Shown piece by piece: positions 13,536-26,250 of a stretch of 64,000 nt of DNA (position 1 is the first letter of the stretch; each line of letters starts with the position of its first letter). Made by a program: the position numbers and the translations under genes. The notes beneath the pieces were generated by a model. The model did not search any database, was not told the origin of the DNA, and saw nothing but the letters and a program-made list of their open reading frames with translations. Source of the DNA: Eledone cirrhosa (Eukaryota). The stretch covers positions 15,996,001 through 16,060,000 of the forward strand of contig OZ024743.1 in the NCBI GenBank assembly GCA_964016885.1. The letters are read 5' to 3'.

Positions 13536-13721
13536 TGTTTCTACTTTTGGCACAAGGCCAGAAATTATCCCAGTGTATTACTGGTACTTTATTTTATTGA
13601 CCCCGTAAGGAAGAAAGGCAAAGTTAACCTTGGCGGGACTTGAACTCATAACGTAAAGGGCCGTAACTCTGTTCTACAATGCATGGCGTCCGACTCTCTA
13701 CCGATACTGCCAATCCGACTA
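13536..13721 (-). mobile_element. tRNA-derived SINE, family S2, full length with 20-bp TSD
   Basis: Reverse complement of the 11716 element; ATTATACATATAATTATAAT at 13516-13535 and 13722-13741. Confidence 0.9.
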
Positions 13722-14533
13722 ATTATACATATAATTATAATGATGGCATATCTGAAAGTGATAATGTAGGGATCATCATCATCATTATCACTATCATCAT
13801 CATCATTCAACTTTAGTATTCTCTGATAGCAAGTGTTAGATGAGACTTCTCAGAGTGAGTCAGTACTCAAGTAAAGCTACTAAACACACAGATAGGGTTG
13901 GAGACCTGTCTCATTTATATATGGTCCCATGCTGTACCAAGTCCTCAGATGCACTGATGAAACTCATCTCACTTACATTCCCATGATCTACTGAATGAAT
14001 TTTATCATAACACCAGCATTAGAGAGTTTGTCATGTCATTAACTCAGCTGACATGTCATCACGACTCTACGTTCCATCTAACAATTGGTTTCAAATATAT
14101 GAAGATGAAGATAGGTTTAGTTATCACAAAAGAAAATATGTAGAAAAATTCAACTAGCATAACTACTTACAAAAGTGTTTTCTAATGATTGCTCCACTTA
14201 TTTGTGTTTGATTGTATTTGTTTCTAGGCAACAAACATCATTATATATTAAAAAAAAATATATATATAAGTGAAAGGATGAATGCAAAAATATTCTTTAT
14301 CTTTTATAATTTTGTTTTGATTGTCTGAAAGAGGGGGCTGTATCCATGACCAAAATGCACTTAATGTTCCTATGTGTACTAAAGAAGAAAGGAAAACAAT
14401 TAAGATTGTTATCAATAGGATTATATTTATTTTTATTATATATCCATTAAACCTGTTAAATAAAACCAACTTTATATTTATAGATATATATCATCATCAT
14501 CATCGTTTAAAGTCTACCTTCCACGCTAGGATG

Positions 14534-14564
<31 letters not shown>

Positions 14565-14694
14565 TATATATATACAGTCAGTAGGCACCCTTTAATCAAA
14601 TATACACCGCCATCCCACTCCCAACTCCCCCATCCCCACCCCATCAACACCAGCCCCTTTCTCTATAAAGTTATGTTGATACCACATCCAGTAC

Positions 14695-14925
14695 TAAATA
14701 AATGAGGTTGTGTAGGTGTCACAACAAAAAAACACACAGTCCACACTGTAATATGGCCGTGTAGGTAACACTGTAAACGTGGTTGGTGTTAGGAAGGGCA
14801 TTCAGCCGTAGAAAACCTGCCAAACAGTCCTATACGAGCGAGACGACCAATCTTGCCTCAAGTGGGACAATTCCTGTCTAAACCATGCTAGCGTGGAAGA
14901 TAGACATTAAACGATGATGATGATA
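14695..14925 (+). mobile_element. RTE 3' UTR fragment (second subfamily)
   Basis: GGTTGGTGTTAGGAAGGGCATTCAGC motif and ...CCATGCTAGCGTGGAAGATAGACATTAAAC(GAT)n end; matches 55490-55760 on the opposite strand. Confidence 0.75.
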
Positions 14926-15061
14926 TATATATTGGAAGTGGTAAAAACCAGTTAGACCATATCTCACCAGAGTACTCGATACTTGGGGTAGTAGAGTGGG
15001 TTATATATATATATATATATATACATACATAAATACATATATATATATATAAATAAAATTA

Positions 15062-15218
15062 TAGCTATGTAGTTAAGAATTTCACTTCACAGCAACATGG
15101 TTCCTGGTTAATCTCAGTGTACAACACCATGGGCAAGCATCTTCGAACCTAGCCACATATTGTCTAATACTTTGTGAGCGGAATTTCATAGTTGCAAACT
15201 GTTCAGAAGCCTGTCATA
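15062..15218 (+). mobile_element. Degenerate SINE, third family
   Basis: Eroded A-box-like AGCTATGTAGTTAAG and CCATGGGCAAG CORE-like motif; a similar relic lies at about 4170-4300. Confidence 0.4.
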
Positions 15219-15308
15219 TACATATATGCATGCATCCATACATACGTACATAAATACATATCATCATCGTTTAACGTCCATGTTCCACGCTTGCATGGGT
15301 TTGGACTA

Positions 15309-15650
15309 TCATCATCATCATCATCATCATCATTTTTACGTCCACTTTTCCCTGCTTGCAAGGGTGGGACGGGAACTGATTTTTGGCTTGATTTCTACAG
15401 CTGGATGCCCTTCCTAACACCAACCTCATTTACAGTGAGTGCTGGGTGCTTTTTTGCCGTGGCACCTCCACGACCACTTTGCAGTGGAATGAAAGGGACC
15501 CCAGTCCCTATCATCTACAGCTGTGTAAACTGGAGCAATGTGAAATAAAGTGTCTTGCTCAAGGAAACAACACATCACCCGGTCTGAGAATTGAACTCAC
15601 AACCTTTCGATTGCAAGGCCAATGCTCTAACCACTAAGCCATGTGCCTCC
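15309..15650 (-). mobile_element. tRNA-derived SINE, family S1
   Basis: Reverse complement of the 7480-7841 element, with a (CAT)n tail at 15309-15332. Confidence 0.88.
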
Positions 15651-15769
15651 ATCTATATATACATATATAGATGGAGGCACATGGCTTAGTGGTTAGAGCA
15701 TATATATATATAAATACATATATATGAATATATATATATATAAATACATATATACATACATAAAATATA

Positions 15770-16980
15770 CATACATACATGGTGGCTGCCAACTCGATTT
15801 TGAGTATGGCCACTACATGTAGGAGAACCGCCACCGATGCGCTGAACGAGAGTGACTTTTTAGTCCAGCCAGCGACTTGAAAACTCTGGTACAAACACTA
15901 CACTTGTGACAATTATTGACACATAGTGCTGGGCCCATGGTACCATGTGACGACAAGTGCAGAGAGATCTCCAGATATAAAGTAATGCCTGTGCCGTGAA
16001 GCTTTTATAGTGAGCAAAGGCACTGTGCAAGGCCAGTCCCACTCTCTTAACCAAGATGATATTTACCAAAAAGAAGAACAAGTCAACATCATTGGATACC
16101 ATCAGGGTTGCAGGTGTTATATCAGAGTTTTCCTTCTCCTAGAATTCTGCCTTGACAAAGGCTAAGGGGTCATCTCTTCCAGTGATTTTGGATGGCCATT
16201 GACTCTTAAGAGCTCCTTTGCCCTTTGACAGGTTTTGTTTTAGTCCTGCAGGATGTCCAAAGTCACCCTCCTCACCAAGAAACCTTGGTGGGGTTGCCAA
16301 TTTAGTCGCCAACGACCCGACCCGATACATACATGCATACATAGATACATACATACATACATAGATACATGGTGGCTGCCAACTCGTTTTCGAGTACGGC
16401 CACTACTTTATATCCATGTAGGAGAACCCCTACCGATGCGCTGAACGAGTGTGACTTTTTAGTCCAGCCAGCGACTTGAAAACTCTGGTACAAACACTAC
16501 ACTTGTGACAATTACTGACACATATTGCTGGGCCCATGGTACCATGTGGCCACAAGTGCAGAGAGATCTCCAGATACAAAGCAATGCCTGTGCCGTGAAG
16601 CTTTTATAGTGAGCAAAGGCACTGCACAAAGCCAGTCCCACTCTCTTAACCAAGATGATATTTACCAAAAAGAAGAACAAGTCAACATCATTGGATACCA
16701 TCAGGGTTGCAGGTGTTATATCAGTTTTCCTTCTCCTAGAATTCTGCTTTGACAAAGGCTAAGGGGTCATCTCTCCCAGTGATTTTGGATGGCCATTGAC
16801 TCTTAAGAGCTCCTTTGCCCTTTGACAGGTTTTGTTTTTAGTCCTGCAGGATGTCCAAAGTCACCCTCCTCACCAAGAAACCTTGGTGGGGTTGCCAGTT
16901 TAGTCGCCAAAGACCCGACCATGAGACAGGTTGTACTGGGATACATGTTACCAGTAGCACCAAGTGGTGACCTGACAAGA
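15770..16980 (-). mobile_element. Two tandem copies of a roughly 600-bp non-autonomous retroelement (RTE-5'UTR-like head, (ATGT)n tail)
   Basis: Near-identical copies at about 15770-16323 (5'-truncated) and 16325-16980, each ending GGCAGCCACC(ATGT)n on the minus strand; contain TCTAGGAGAAGGAAAACT, a motif I recall from RTE 5' UTRs. Confidence 0.75.
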
Positions 16981-17113
16981 TACATACATACATACACACA
17001 CTTTAAATGATGAATGATTTCACAAGGGACAAGGGAAAGTGTCTTTCCCTTACTATATTGTTACTGGAAATGTGACTGGTCAAAACTAAACTGTAAATTT
17101 GGGGAAAGACAAC

Positions 17114-17178
17114 AGAAGAAGAAGAAGAAGAAGAAAAAGAAAAAGAAAAAGAAAAAGAAGAAGAAGAAGAAGAAGAAG
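17114..17178 (+). repeat. (GAA)n/(GAAAAA)n polypurine microsatellite
   Basis: Read directly; explains the poly-K and poly-S/F ORFs. Confidence 0.95.
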
Positions 17179-17934
17179 CATTCATGCATGCATACATTAT
17201 AAATATATATGTTATTTCAATTTTGTGAAATTTAGCTAAAGTTTTGTATTGAAGTTCGCCTTATTGTAAAATAACGTGTATTATTCAACTATTGTATGGA
17301 AAATGAGCACTAGATAGCAAAATTTGTAGAACAGAAGACAATAATTTGCAATGTTTTACATTATATGTTCTTCTGTCAATGTTAGAAATTATCATCATTC
17401 ATGTCAAATTTGAATGAATGTCCAAATAAAATGCATTTCATTCTTCTGGAATTGATAAACTACTACTATATAATTTATGTTGTATTCGATGTTTCACTCT
17501 ATTTACAGCCTTACTATATCAAATGATAAACCTTGATGATCAGGTGATCAGTACTATGTAATATGGTTACCAGTTCAATGAAGAGAGCTTCTGGATGTAA
17601 AGGAATTCTTACAACTACAACTTTGTTTGATTGAAACATGTTCCAGTAAGGATATGTTGTTATGGTTAGAATATGCAAATTGTCTGTCATTTTATACAAG
17701 TGATGGACATTCAATGTCATAACTCTACCAGATTCAATAACACTTAGTTGAAAGAATCATTTCCACTTTTTCCTCTCACTCCTTGTTATCATTTATTGTC
17801 TATTTTCTCTGTTAACAGTGGCTAGACAAATCTTTACAAGCTGAGTAACTACTCAAGTGGGTTTAATGACTTCCAAGACATGTCCAAGGCCTGTAACTCA
17901 CTTACATATAGTCCATCCCTTTACTAGCAATATT

Positions 17935-18200
17935 TTCATGTCTTTGACATGGCTGAAGGGTTCTGCCAACCTTTTGTTTTGCAAGCTTTCTATAGCTTGG
18001 TGTCCTTCCTCTCACCAATCACTTTACAGCATGTACTGAAAGAATTTACCTTGTCACACTGTTGACATAATTGACCTGTTCTTTCGGATCCTTTTGGCAT
18101 AGTTTCTACTGTGGTGTGCCCTTCCTATCACTAATCACCAAAGAGGGTGTACTGCATGCATTTTCCTGGCACTACCAATAGAGAGGTTGTTAGTTGTTAT
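17935..18200 (-). repeat. Degenerate tandem units related to 58366-58885
   Basis: CATGTCTTTGACATGGCTGAAGGG...GCAAGCTTTCTATAGCTTGGTGTCCTTCCTCTCACCAATCACTTTACAGCATGTACT, about two units. Confidence 0.55.
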
Positions 18201-21200
18201 CCCAAATGAAGAGCTCCCACTGCTTTGTTGTGGTGAAGATGGGTAGAAGGAAAATGTGGTGGCATTTGACAGTGTAATGAGTATGAGGGAAGGGGTGAAC
18301 TCTAGTATCATTAGAAATAGTCACAGGTGTATCAGGATTGGGGGGTGGATAGCTAAAAGGTGTTAGTGGAGGGGTCTTGAACAGGGTGTGCCTGCCTACG
18401 AATATCTAAGGAATTTTGAGGTGGAGAATAGCTAAGGAGTGATATTGAAGGAGACATTGATGTTGGGTGGGTGTGCATTGATGGTGAGGATAGCTAAAAT
18501 GGTGCACTAGTGGTAAAGATAGCTAATAAGTGGTGCTGGTAGAGAGGGCATGGTGATGGGTCAGGTCATATTTTATGCTGATAGACTGTTTATTACCAGT
18601 GCAGTGTAACACTGACTCTCACAGTCCAACTTCTTAAAATCAATCTTCTCAACCCCATTCCAAGTCATCAGAATTGCATTTTGAGACAGCTGCAAAAAAT
18701 ACAACAGAAATGTGTGATTGTACAATATATTCATGTACATAGGTTAACTAAGATGACAACAAGTTATTCCTTAAAAAGTGTTTTTCTTTAATTGCTAATA
18801 TCTAATTTAATTTATTTTGTTTTCTGAGTTCAAATCCCATGAATATAACTTTTGCCTGCTCCTATTGTTTTTTTTAGCCCCAAATTCTGATTATGTTAAC
18901 CTATGATCAAAGATCTTCTAGTCATGAGCAGCCTGTCTTATGATATATGTAGGAATACATATATCTAATGTATTCTTTTCTTAAAAAGATGAAAAAGTGA
19001 GATTTGAGGAAATTTAACTGCGAGAAGATCAAGTAACCACATAAAAATTAACTTTTAGGCTTTATTTTCTTGACTTAATAAAATATGTATCAGTAATCTA
19101 TTGTGTCCAAACTAATCAATAAATCTCACCCTCTACAAGTTTCTGGCCTTGAGTAAAGTTAATATATCATTGTGTTTAACACTGTTGCAATGTTAAATTT
19201 CATATTCATTTATGCCACAAAATATCAGAAAAAAATTGAAAGCCAGAAATTGCAATTGTATTTTGTAAATTAAATCAAATGTAATTATATTGAACATATT
19301 TATTCCTTCAAACACAGTGAATCTATTTCATGGTGAATAATTGATTAAAATAGGAAAGCTCAAGAAACCAAGAAAAAAAAAAACAAATCTTTTAAATCAA
19401 GTTGAATAAATATATTGCATAGATCTCTAAATATAAATAAAGTATAATGAAATGAACAGCGGCTAGATTGGTTAAATATTTGATAGGATAGATTTCTCCA
19501 TTGTTGAATAGTTCTGATATATTTCCAAAAATAATTGACTTTTGAATAGATTTATTTCAAACTATGATACACTGTTTCTTTCTTTTCCTGCAGTGTACAA
19601 TTTAAAAAAAAATTATTTTTATTATTTTGTAGTTGTTATTACTGTCACTGGAGTAGCTTGTTTCTGATGTCATGGCTGCCGTTTCTATTTTTATGATGGT
19701 TGTTGGCTGGTAGAAGGTCTGCCTATAGTACTATAGTGATGGAATTTCAAATAGCAGCATTATTTGTTATTGTTGTTACTAGTTTTCAATGTTACTTTGA
19801 CGTTTTAAGATTATATTTTGAAAAACATCTTGGCACTAGCTATTTGTTTATTTGGACATTTTTATTTTAAAGTTGCCAAACAGTTCAACAGTGACAAGAA
19901 CAACAGTACGATCAATAATTTGATATGCAAAGGTAAAAAAAAAAAGATTAAATGGAAATAATTCCCAATATTGGAAAAAAGAATCACCTTTCCTTCTATA
20001 TGCCAGCAACACATTTTAAATTGGGAGAAGGTTTAAGTTGATTTAATGACATTAGTTTATTTCTGGACTCATCATTTATACATGGAGTTAGATTGCTTAG
20101 CTTTCAGTGAATCTTAATGAATGATTCAACATTCAACATGGCTGTGAATTGCTCTTGAGAGCATTACTTTTTACCACATGCTATTCTCTATCGATTCATC
20201 ACAAGAAAGTTCAGTTCAGAAGAATATGATTAAAAGAATTAACACCGCATTTAATAAAAAGATTAAATCAGAATGAAAATAAATTTAGTTAATTATCTTT
20301 TTCCACACTCCCCATAGACAAGATAAAATGTTTTAATACTTGGAAATGAAAGTATATTTTCTAAAGTTGGGAAGGTAGCATACAAAGACCAAAAACATTG
20401 ATTTGCTTTTCTTAGAAAAGATTAAAACAGCTTATATGCATGCATATTTAGATTATTCATTCAATATATACAAATTGTAAACTTTTCTTCAATCTAACCT
20501 CAAAATAAATGTAAAACATATATTTAAAACTAAGCATGCTGCAATCTTTAGATATTAAGTATTGCAGCTAAGTCTATTTGCATCATACAGACACCGACAA
20601 ACACAGACACACACACACTTCAGTACTTATTTCAACTGAACGGATAAATAGATGTAGTATTTTCATATTTATTTTAACTCAATGGATAACTGTATCTAGA
20701 AAAAGATTTAAGTTGTGTAAAGCATGATGAAAATAGAATCTTTAAGTTTGAAGTATTTATTTCTAGAAATTTGTTTTTACACTTTTAAATTAAATGTATT
20801 GTTGGTTAAACCTGGGATTGAATCATGAATGCATGATTAAATTTTTTAAAAATGTCAAAACATGAAAATACAAAGAACAAGTTATCATAGTTTTCTTTTT
20901 CATATGAATAATCTTTATATTAACAAGTTTTACTTTTTTAATGTCTTCCATGAAATTTTACATGCTTTTGCAAGTGTAAGATAGTTTACTTGTTAAAAAC
21001 AATAGTTTTGTTTTTAGCTGGATGTCCATTCTGGTGGTAACTATTCAACTATAAAGTAGAAGTGAGGCCTCTTACCTAGTAAATCAGAGAGATTGGAAGC
21101 ATAAAATTTGAACATATAACCAAGCAGCAGCATTCTGATACTTTATCCTCACAGCTATTACAGATTTTAACTAAAATAAATGAAAGAAATATCTCTAATA

Positions 21201-21809
21201 CAAATATTTAGCATTTTTAACATAAGAGTTGACTTGGTTGACAGAGTGTCAGATTGTTGGCAAAAGAGCTGACATGTCTTTTCCTATCATCGGCAGAGCA
21301 TCCATAGCAAAGACATTTTACACTTGATAGTCTAGTCTAAAAATAGGTACCACACAAATAGGTGAATTGATTTCTGTTAATAGATTGCTGCTGGTAGTGT
21401 TTAGCTTTGGTTGAACCTTGACTAAGCACATCTATTATCAAAAATATTATAGCCATAATATTCCTCTCTTTTTTCAATTATATCTAGGAATACATCTACC
21501 TAACGTATTCTTCCTTTTGCTTAAATGATAGGGCATAACTAAATTCACTGATATGTTGCTATATTGATGAAATGCAGGGTTTTACATTAGAATATTGTAA
21601 GTGGATACTGTCAACTTTTATCCATCTATAGGAGATCATATATTCAACTTGTACAACTATATACACACAAATGTAGACAGACACTTATCTACATTACAGG
21701 TAAATACAAATAAATAAATAAGTAAATAAGTGTTGATGTTCTCTCTTTTTCACTCACTGCCTCTGTCTATCTCGCTCTCCTCATATCTCACTATTATAAG
21801 TAAATTGGG

Positions 21810-22260
21810 GTCCATGTACTGGCTGCCCTGTGGCCCCAGCAGACACAGGATGGTGAGGGAGTCTACAGTGGATATGCTGTCACATTGTGCTCAGGGAGTA
21901 TTTGATGTTTACAGAAGGAAGAGGAGGAGAGATGTCTACTGGGTGGAGTCCATGTGGGTTCCAAGTATCACAGGTGAACTTAGCTTTCCTTGATGACAGT
22001 GATTTCTATTGAGTTGTGGAGAACCCTGTTGATGAGGACACAACAAGAGGTTACCAATGAAAGAAACACTGGCATAGCCAGTGAGACCGGAGACATGAGA
22101 CCAAGTTTACCATTTCTAACAGGTAAAGTGGCCTGTTGCCATCCAAAGTCATCAAACCTGACATTGCACTCAGATATTGCACTTGACATTGCACCTCACC
22201 TGTCACTCAGATACAAGTATCAAGGTCAGTGTGGAGAGATGCATGGCTGTAGCAAGGAGC
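21810..22260 (-). pseudogene. CRE/R2-group (restriction-like endonuclease) non-LTR retrotransposon fragment
   Basis: ORF 21980-22189 contains WQQATLPVRNGKLGLMSPVSLAMPVFLS, resembling the W-x-QASLP-x3-GGLG...PAFL-x-S motif downstream of RT in CRE-like elements. Confidence 0.6.
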
Positions 22261-22697
22261 ACTTATAGTTTGAGAAATATTTGGCTGTTATTTCTAGCAG
22301 AGTAACCACATAAAAGCCCTCACATTAGCTTGGCTGCTAATAAGTTCACTGAATAGTTATCTAAATATTTGTTGGTTTCTTGTGTTCCATTTATAACTAG
22401 CAGTGATTCATGATCACACTTCCAGTTCATTGTTGAATTCTTAGTGTTAGAGATATTCAAAAATAATTCATAGTCAAATATGATAATTTATAAAACTATA
22501 AATTACTTCAAATGATGAACTGAAAATCAAAAGAAAATAAATACATTTTATAGCAACAATGAAATATTTCCAAAATTATCTTTAGTTATTTTTATATTTT
22601 AACTGATGTATATTTACACCTAAATTTTGTAAGTGTGTCTGATATAAATTATCACTTCTCTACCTCAGCTATTATCAATTGTTGTTCTTTAACTCAA

Positions 22698-22852
22698 TAA
22701 TTGTTTCTACTTTTGGCACAAGGCCAGCAATTACCCAGTTCATTACTGGTACTTTATTTTATCGACCCTGTAAGGATGAAAGGCAAAGTTAACCTCAACG
22801 GGATTTGAACTCAGACTGGAAAGCACGGCGTCCGACTCTCTATCGATACTGC
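22698..22852 (-). mobile_element. tRNA-derived SINE, family S2
   Basis: AATTGTTTCTACTTTTGGCACAAGGCCAG...GATGAAAGGCAAAGTTAAC...GGATTTGAACTC, the same as 13536-13721. Confidence 0.85.
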
Positions 22853-23811
22853 ATATTTGGTCACATTTCTTTCATATGAAAGATTGTTTCAAAGGAAAGG
22901 CATATTTGTGGCTGTAGTTTAGTCCCAGGTCAGCCTTGAGAGAGCTGACTTATGATTAACTTTTAACATCCTGTAATGATTTAACAGAAATGCCTAAAAA
23001 TGAGGATGTTAATTCAAATATCTACAATATCTTTACTAGTGGATAGATTTTTGTGAAAATTTGTAGTAAGGACGTTAAATTTTTATGTGATGCATTCATA
23101 GTGCTGGTTTGTACTTTTGAAGAATGTCATGCTAATTTCGTTCATGTGGTACAGGATATGAAAGACAATGCAGCTTTTACTGAATTTTCTAAATGTTCTC
23201 ACTTAGAACCAGGTGACATTCAACTGAATAGACTATGAACAAAAGTGTTCCAGCCAACCCATCCTGTACTGATTACAGGACTTGTTTATCTTGGAATGTA
23301 TTATCCAATTATCTTTTCTTCTTTCAAGATTATAGGGTATATTTAGAGAAAGATTAAAGAGCCACATACATGCTAATGCATCATTGACATATTCGTTTTA
23401 GACAAAATGATTCTAGCACTACATTAAACAAAGTATTGTTTATTTTAAAAAAAAAACTGCAGAATATAGTGTGACAGAAAAGAGGTTTCTTTTACTTGTA
23501 GGTCCAGTGCCCACATATGGGCTCCCTCATTACCATATAGTGCGCATAAATTGTTGCAAAAGTGTATGTACAATGCTGAATAAAAGAATTCAGTATAAGA
23601 AGTGAAAGTAGTTCTATTTCTAATGTTAGAAATTTCCCTCAAATAATAAATAAATACCTATTAAAAAGAATACAATGGATAAAGTATTCCATTATATCAA
23701 AATGTGATGGGAAGGCCACTCATGGATACCCTTGTTTAAAGGCTAGTTCAGTCAGCGTTAACCTGTGAGTAAAAAACAATGACAACAACAATATCATATA
23801 TGCTCTCCAGC

Positions 23812-24440
23812 TATCTATTTAAAGCTGTATATAGCTATGGTGTGACCACACTTAGAATTTGCATCACCAGTCTGTAACCCCTATCTTGCTCAGATCATTG
23901 ATCACTTGGAAACTGTTCAGAGACATGCAACCAAGCGAATACCCTCCATCAAGCATCTACCATACTCTGAACGCCTTGCTTCTCTGGGTATGGATACATT
24001 GAAGCTCCAACGTCTGGCAACTGACTTGGTAAACACCCACAAAATTATGAACCATCTTGCCAAAAACAAACCGGAGTACCTTTTTGATTTCCATGTGTCT
24101 AAAATACGTGGGTATGCCCACAAATTCAGAAAACAGCACAGCTCCCATGACTTTTGGAAACAATTTTTCATATTCAGAGATGTTGAAGCATGGAACAAAC
24201 TACCGGCATCAGTTATTAGCTGTCAAGACACTGAATCCTTTAAAACCGCCATGCTTCCTGAGATTCGCCAACACTACACCTAATATTCCCCCTCCATACA
24301 CACGCACACATGTATATCATGACACATACACTATTCATTTCGCTGACATTTGTATATTATTCTATGTACTATACATGCACCTTTGATGAGTTGTAGTGCA
24401 CCTGAGCACTGTACACAATCATTTCATTATTTTATTATAT
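23812..24440 (+). mobile_element. CR1/Jockey-group LINE 3' fragment
   Basis: ORF 23906-24283 (LETVQRHATKRIPSIKHLPYSERLASLGMDTL...EAWNKLP) is a typical CR1-like C-terminus; (ATT)n-like tail; second copy at 40110-40733. Confidence 0.85.
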
Positions 24441-26056
24441 TAACAAACTGTTGTTGATGGACATTGTTGCCTATGTCACATAGTATGCAATGAAAAGAAG
24501 AGTTCTGAATGTTCGGTATCCAGAGTAAGAATGGGTTTAACAAAGTTTAGAGAACCAGAAACTATATTGATAGTGGGGTGCTACTCTCTTTGTCTGAGTT
24601 AGTGGTAGGCTGTCTGATGCCTACATGCTAGAACAGTAGTGAGATGTCCTTCACTGCAGAGGAGCTAGTGTGGTTGGCAGGAGGGGGAATAAGTATGCTC
24701 CACTAGGTGTGTGATATTAGTAAGCTAGTGAGCTGACAGAGAGTATCTATAGGAGAGATTCAAGGCAGTATGTGGGAGAGAGAACTGCAATGGTATGGAC
24801 TTGTGATGCAGGTGGAAGATGACAGCTGTATAAGGTGGAGAAGAGAAATCTCAGATAGTGGGTCTCATTGATTTGCCATACATCATCTCTTATCAACTCC
24901 ACACTAACCCTTTGCACACCAGCATACCTATCCTACAGCCATAACTTTATAGTTTTCATGCCCTATAACATTATGCAGATGTCCTCCCCACCTATTGGGA
25001 CTTACCGATGGCATCATACTTATCCTTCCTACATACATGCCCATCCTAATCCCACTATAGGGTAGAGAAGGCTCTTGAGTTGGGTCAATCCCTGACAGCC
25101 TCCTTAGTGTTAGTGTCATTATTGGATGCAGCCATTACACTCTGTGAGATGGTTGGTGTTGCGAGGACTTACAGCAGTAGAAACCATGACAAAAATGGTT
25201 GAGAAGACTCTTCAGTCAGAACATAACAACCACTGTTTGCATTCTGAAAGCAGTACTTGTGATGACACTGATACCATTGGTGTGAAGATGTGAACTTATG
25301 TGTATGAAAAGTTGCTGGTCTTCTATAAAAACAAAAAATCAAACACTACCCATGCTCGTGATTTCGAAATAAGATTTCCAAGTGAAGCTCTATTGTCTCA
25401 TGAAGTAACAGAAGCTTTGGTTACCTCATATAATCTTATCTTTCACGTTTATCCCTAACAGATATCATCATGTTAATGAGGGAGCTGCTCATGCAGTCAC
25501 TTATTCTATTAGAAATAGCATCACTATTACGCCCAAATAAAACACTACCATTTTTGAAAGAGAAGGATACCTTCGCTATTATGGTCCTGGACGCAGCATG
25601 TCTGAATGTAATATTAGATGCTTACAAATGTTATTTTGGGTGCTTTCATCAGTAATGGTCTGGGTCTAAACTACAACAAGAATAATTATAGCATGGTAGG
25701 AATTTGGTAGATGTAATTGGGAAATATTCTTAGTTCTATGAACTCAAGTTTGTCTATGTATTAGGAATTAATACTAGATTATCAAAGGAAGGCATTTGAT
25801 TTGTCTCAGACATGTATTCTATTAAAAAGAATTTGTTTCAGATATGCTTATCATCATTAAATTAAAAATAAATCCAGCTGTTAACAACTCTTTGAAGCTT
25901 TTGATGCATTTACATATATTTGTATTCTAAAGTTCAGATGTTTTTAGATCACTTTCACCCCTTTAGCAATTCTGTATCTGCACACACTCATTGGTTCAAA
26001 TATTGTTTGTTTAGAGGTGTAATAATTTTCAGTTTGGATACATATATACATACATT

Positions 26057-26250
<194 letters not shown>

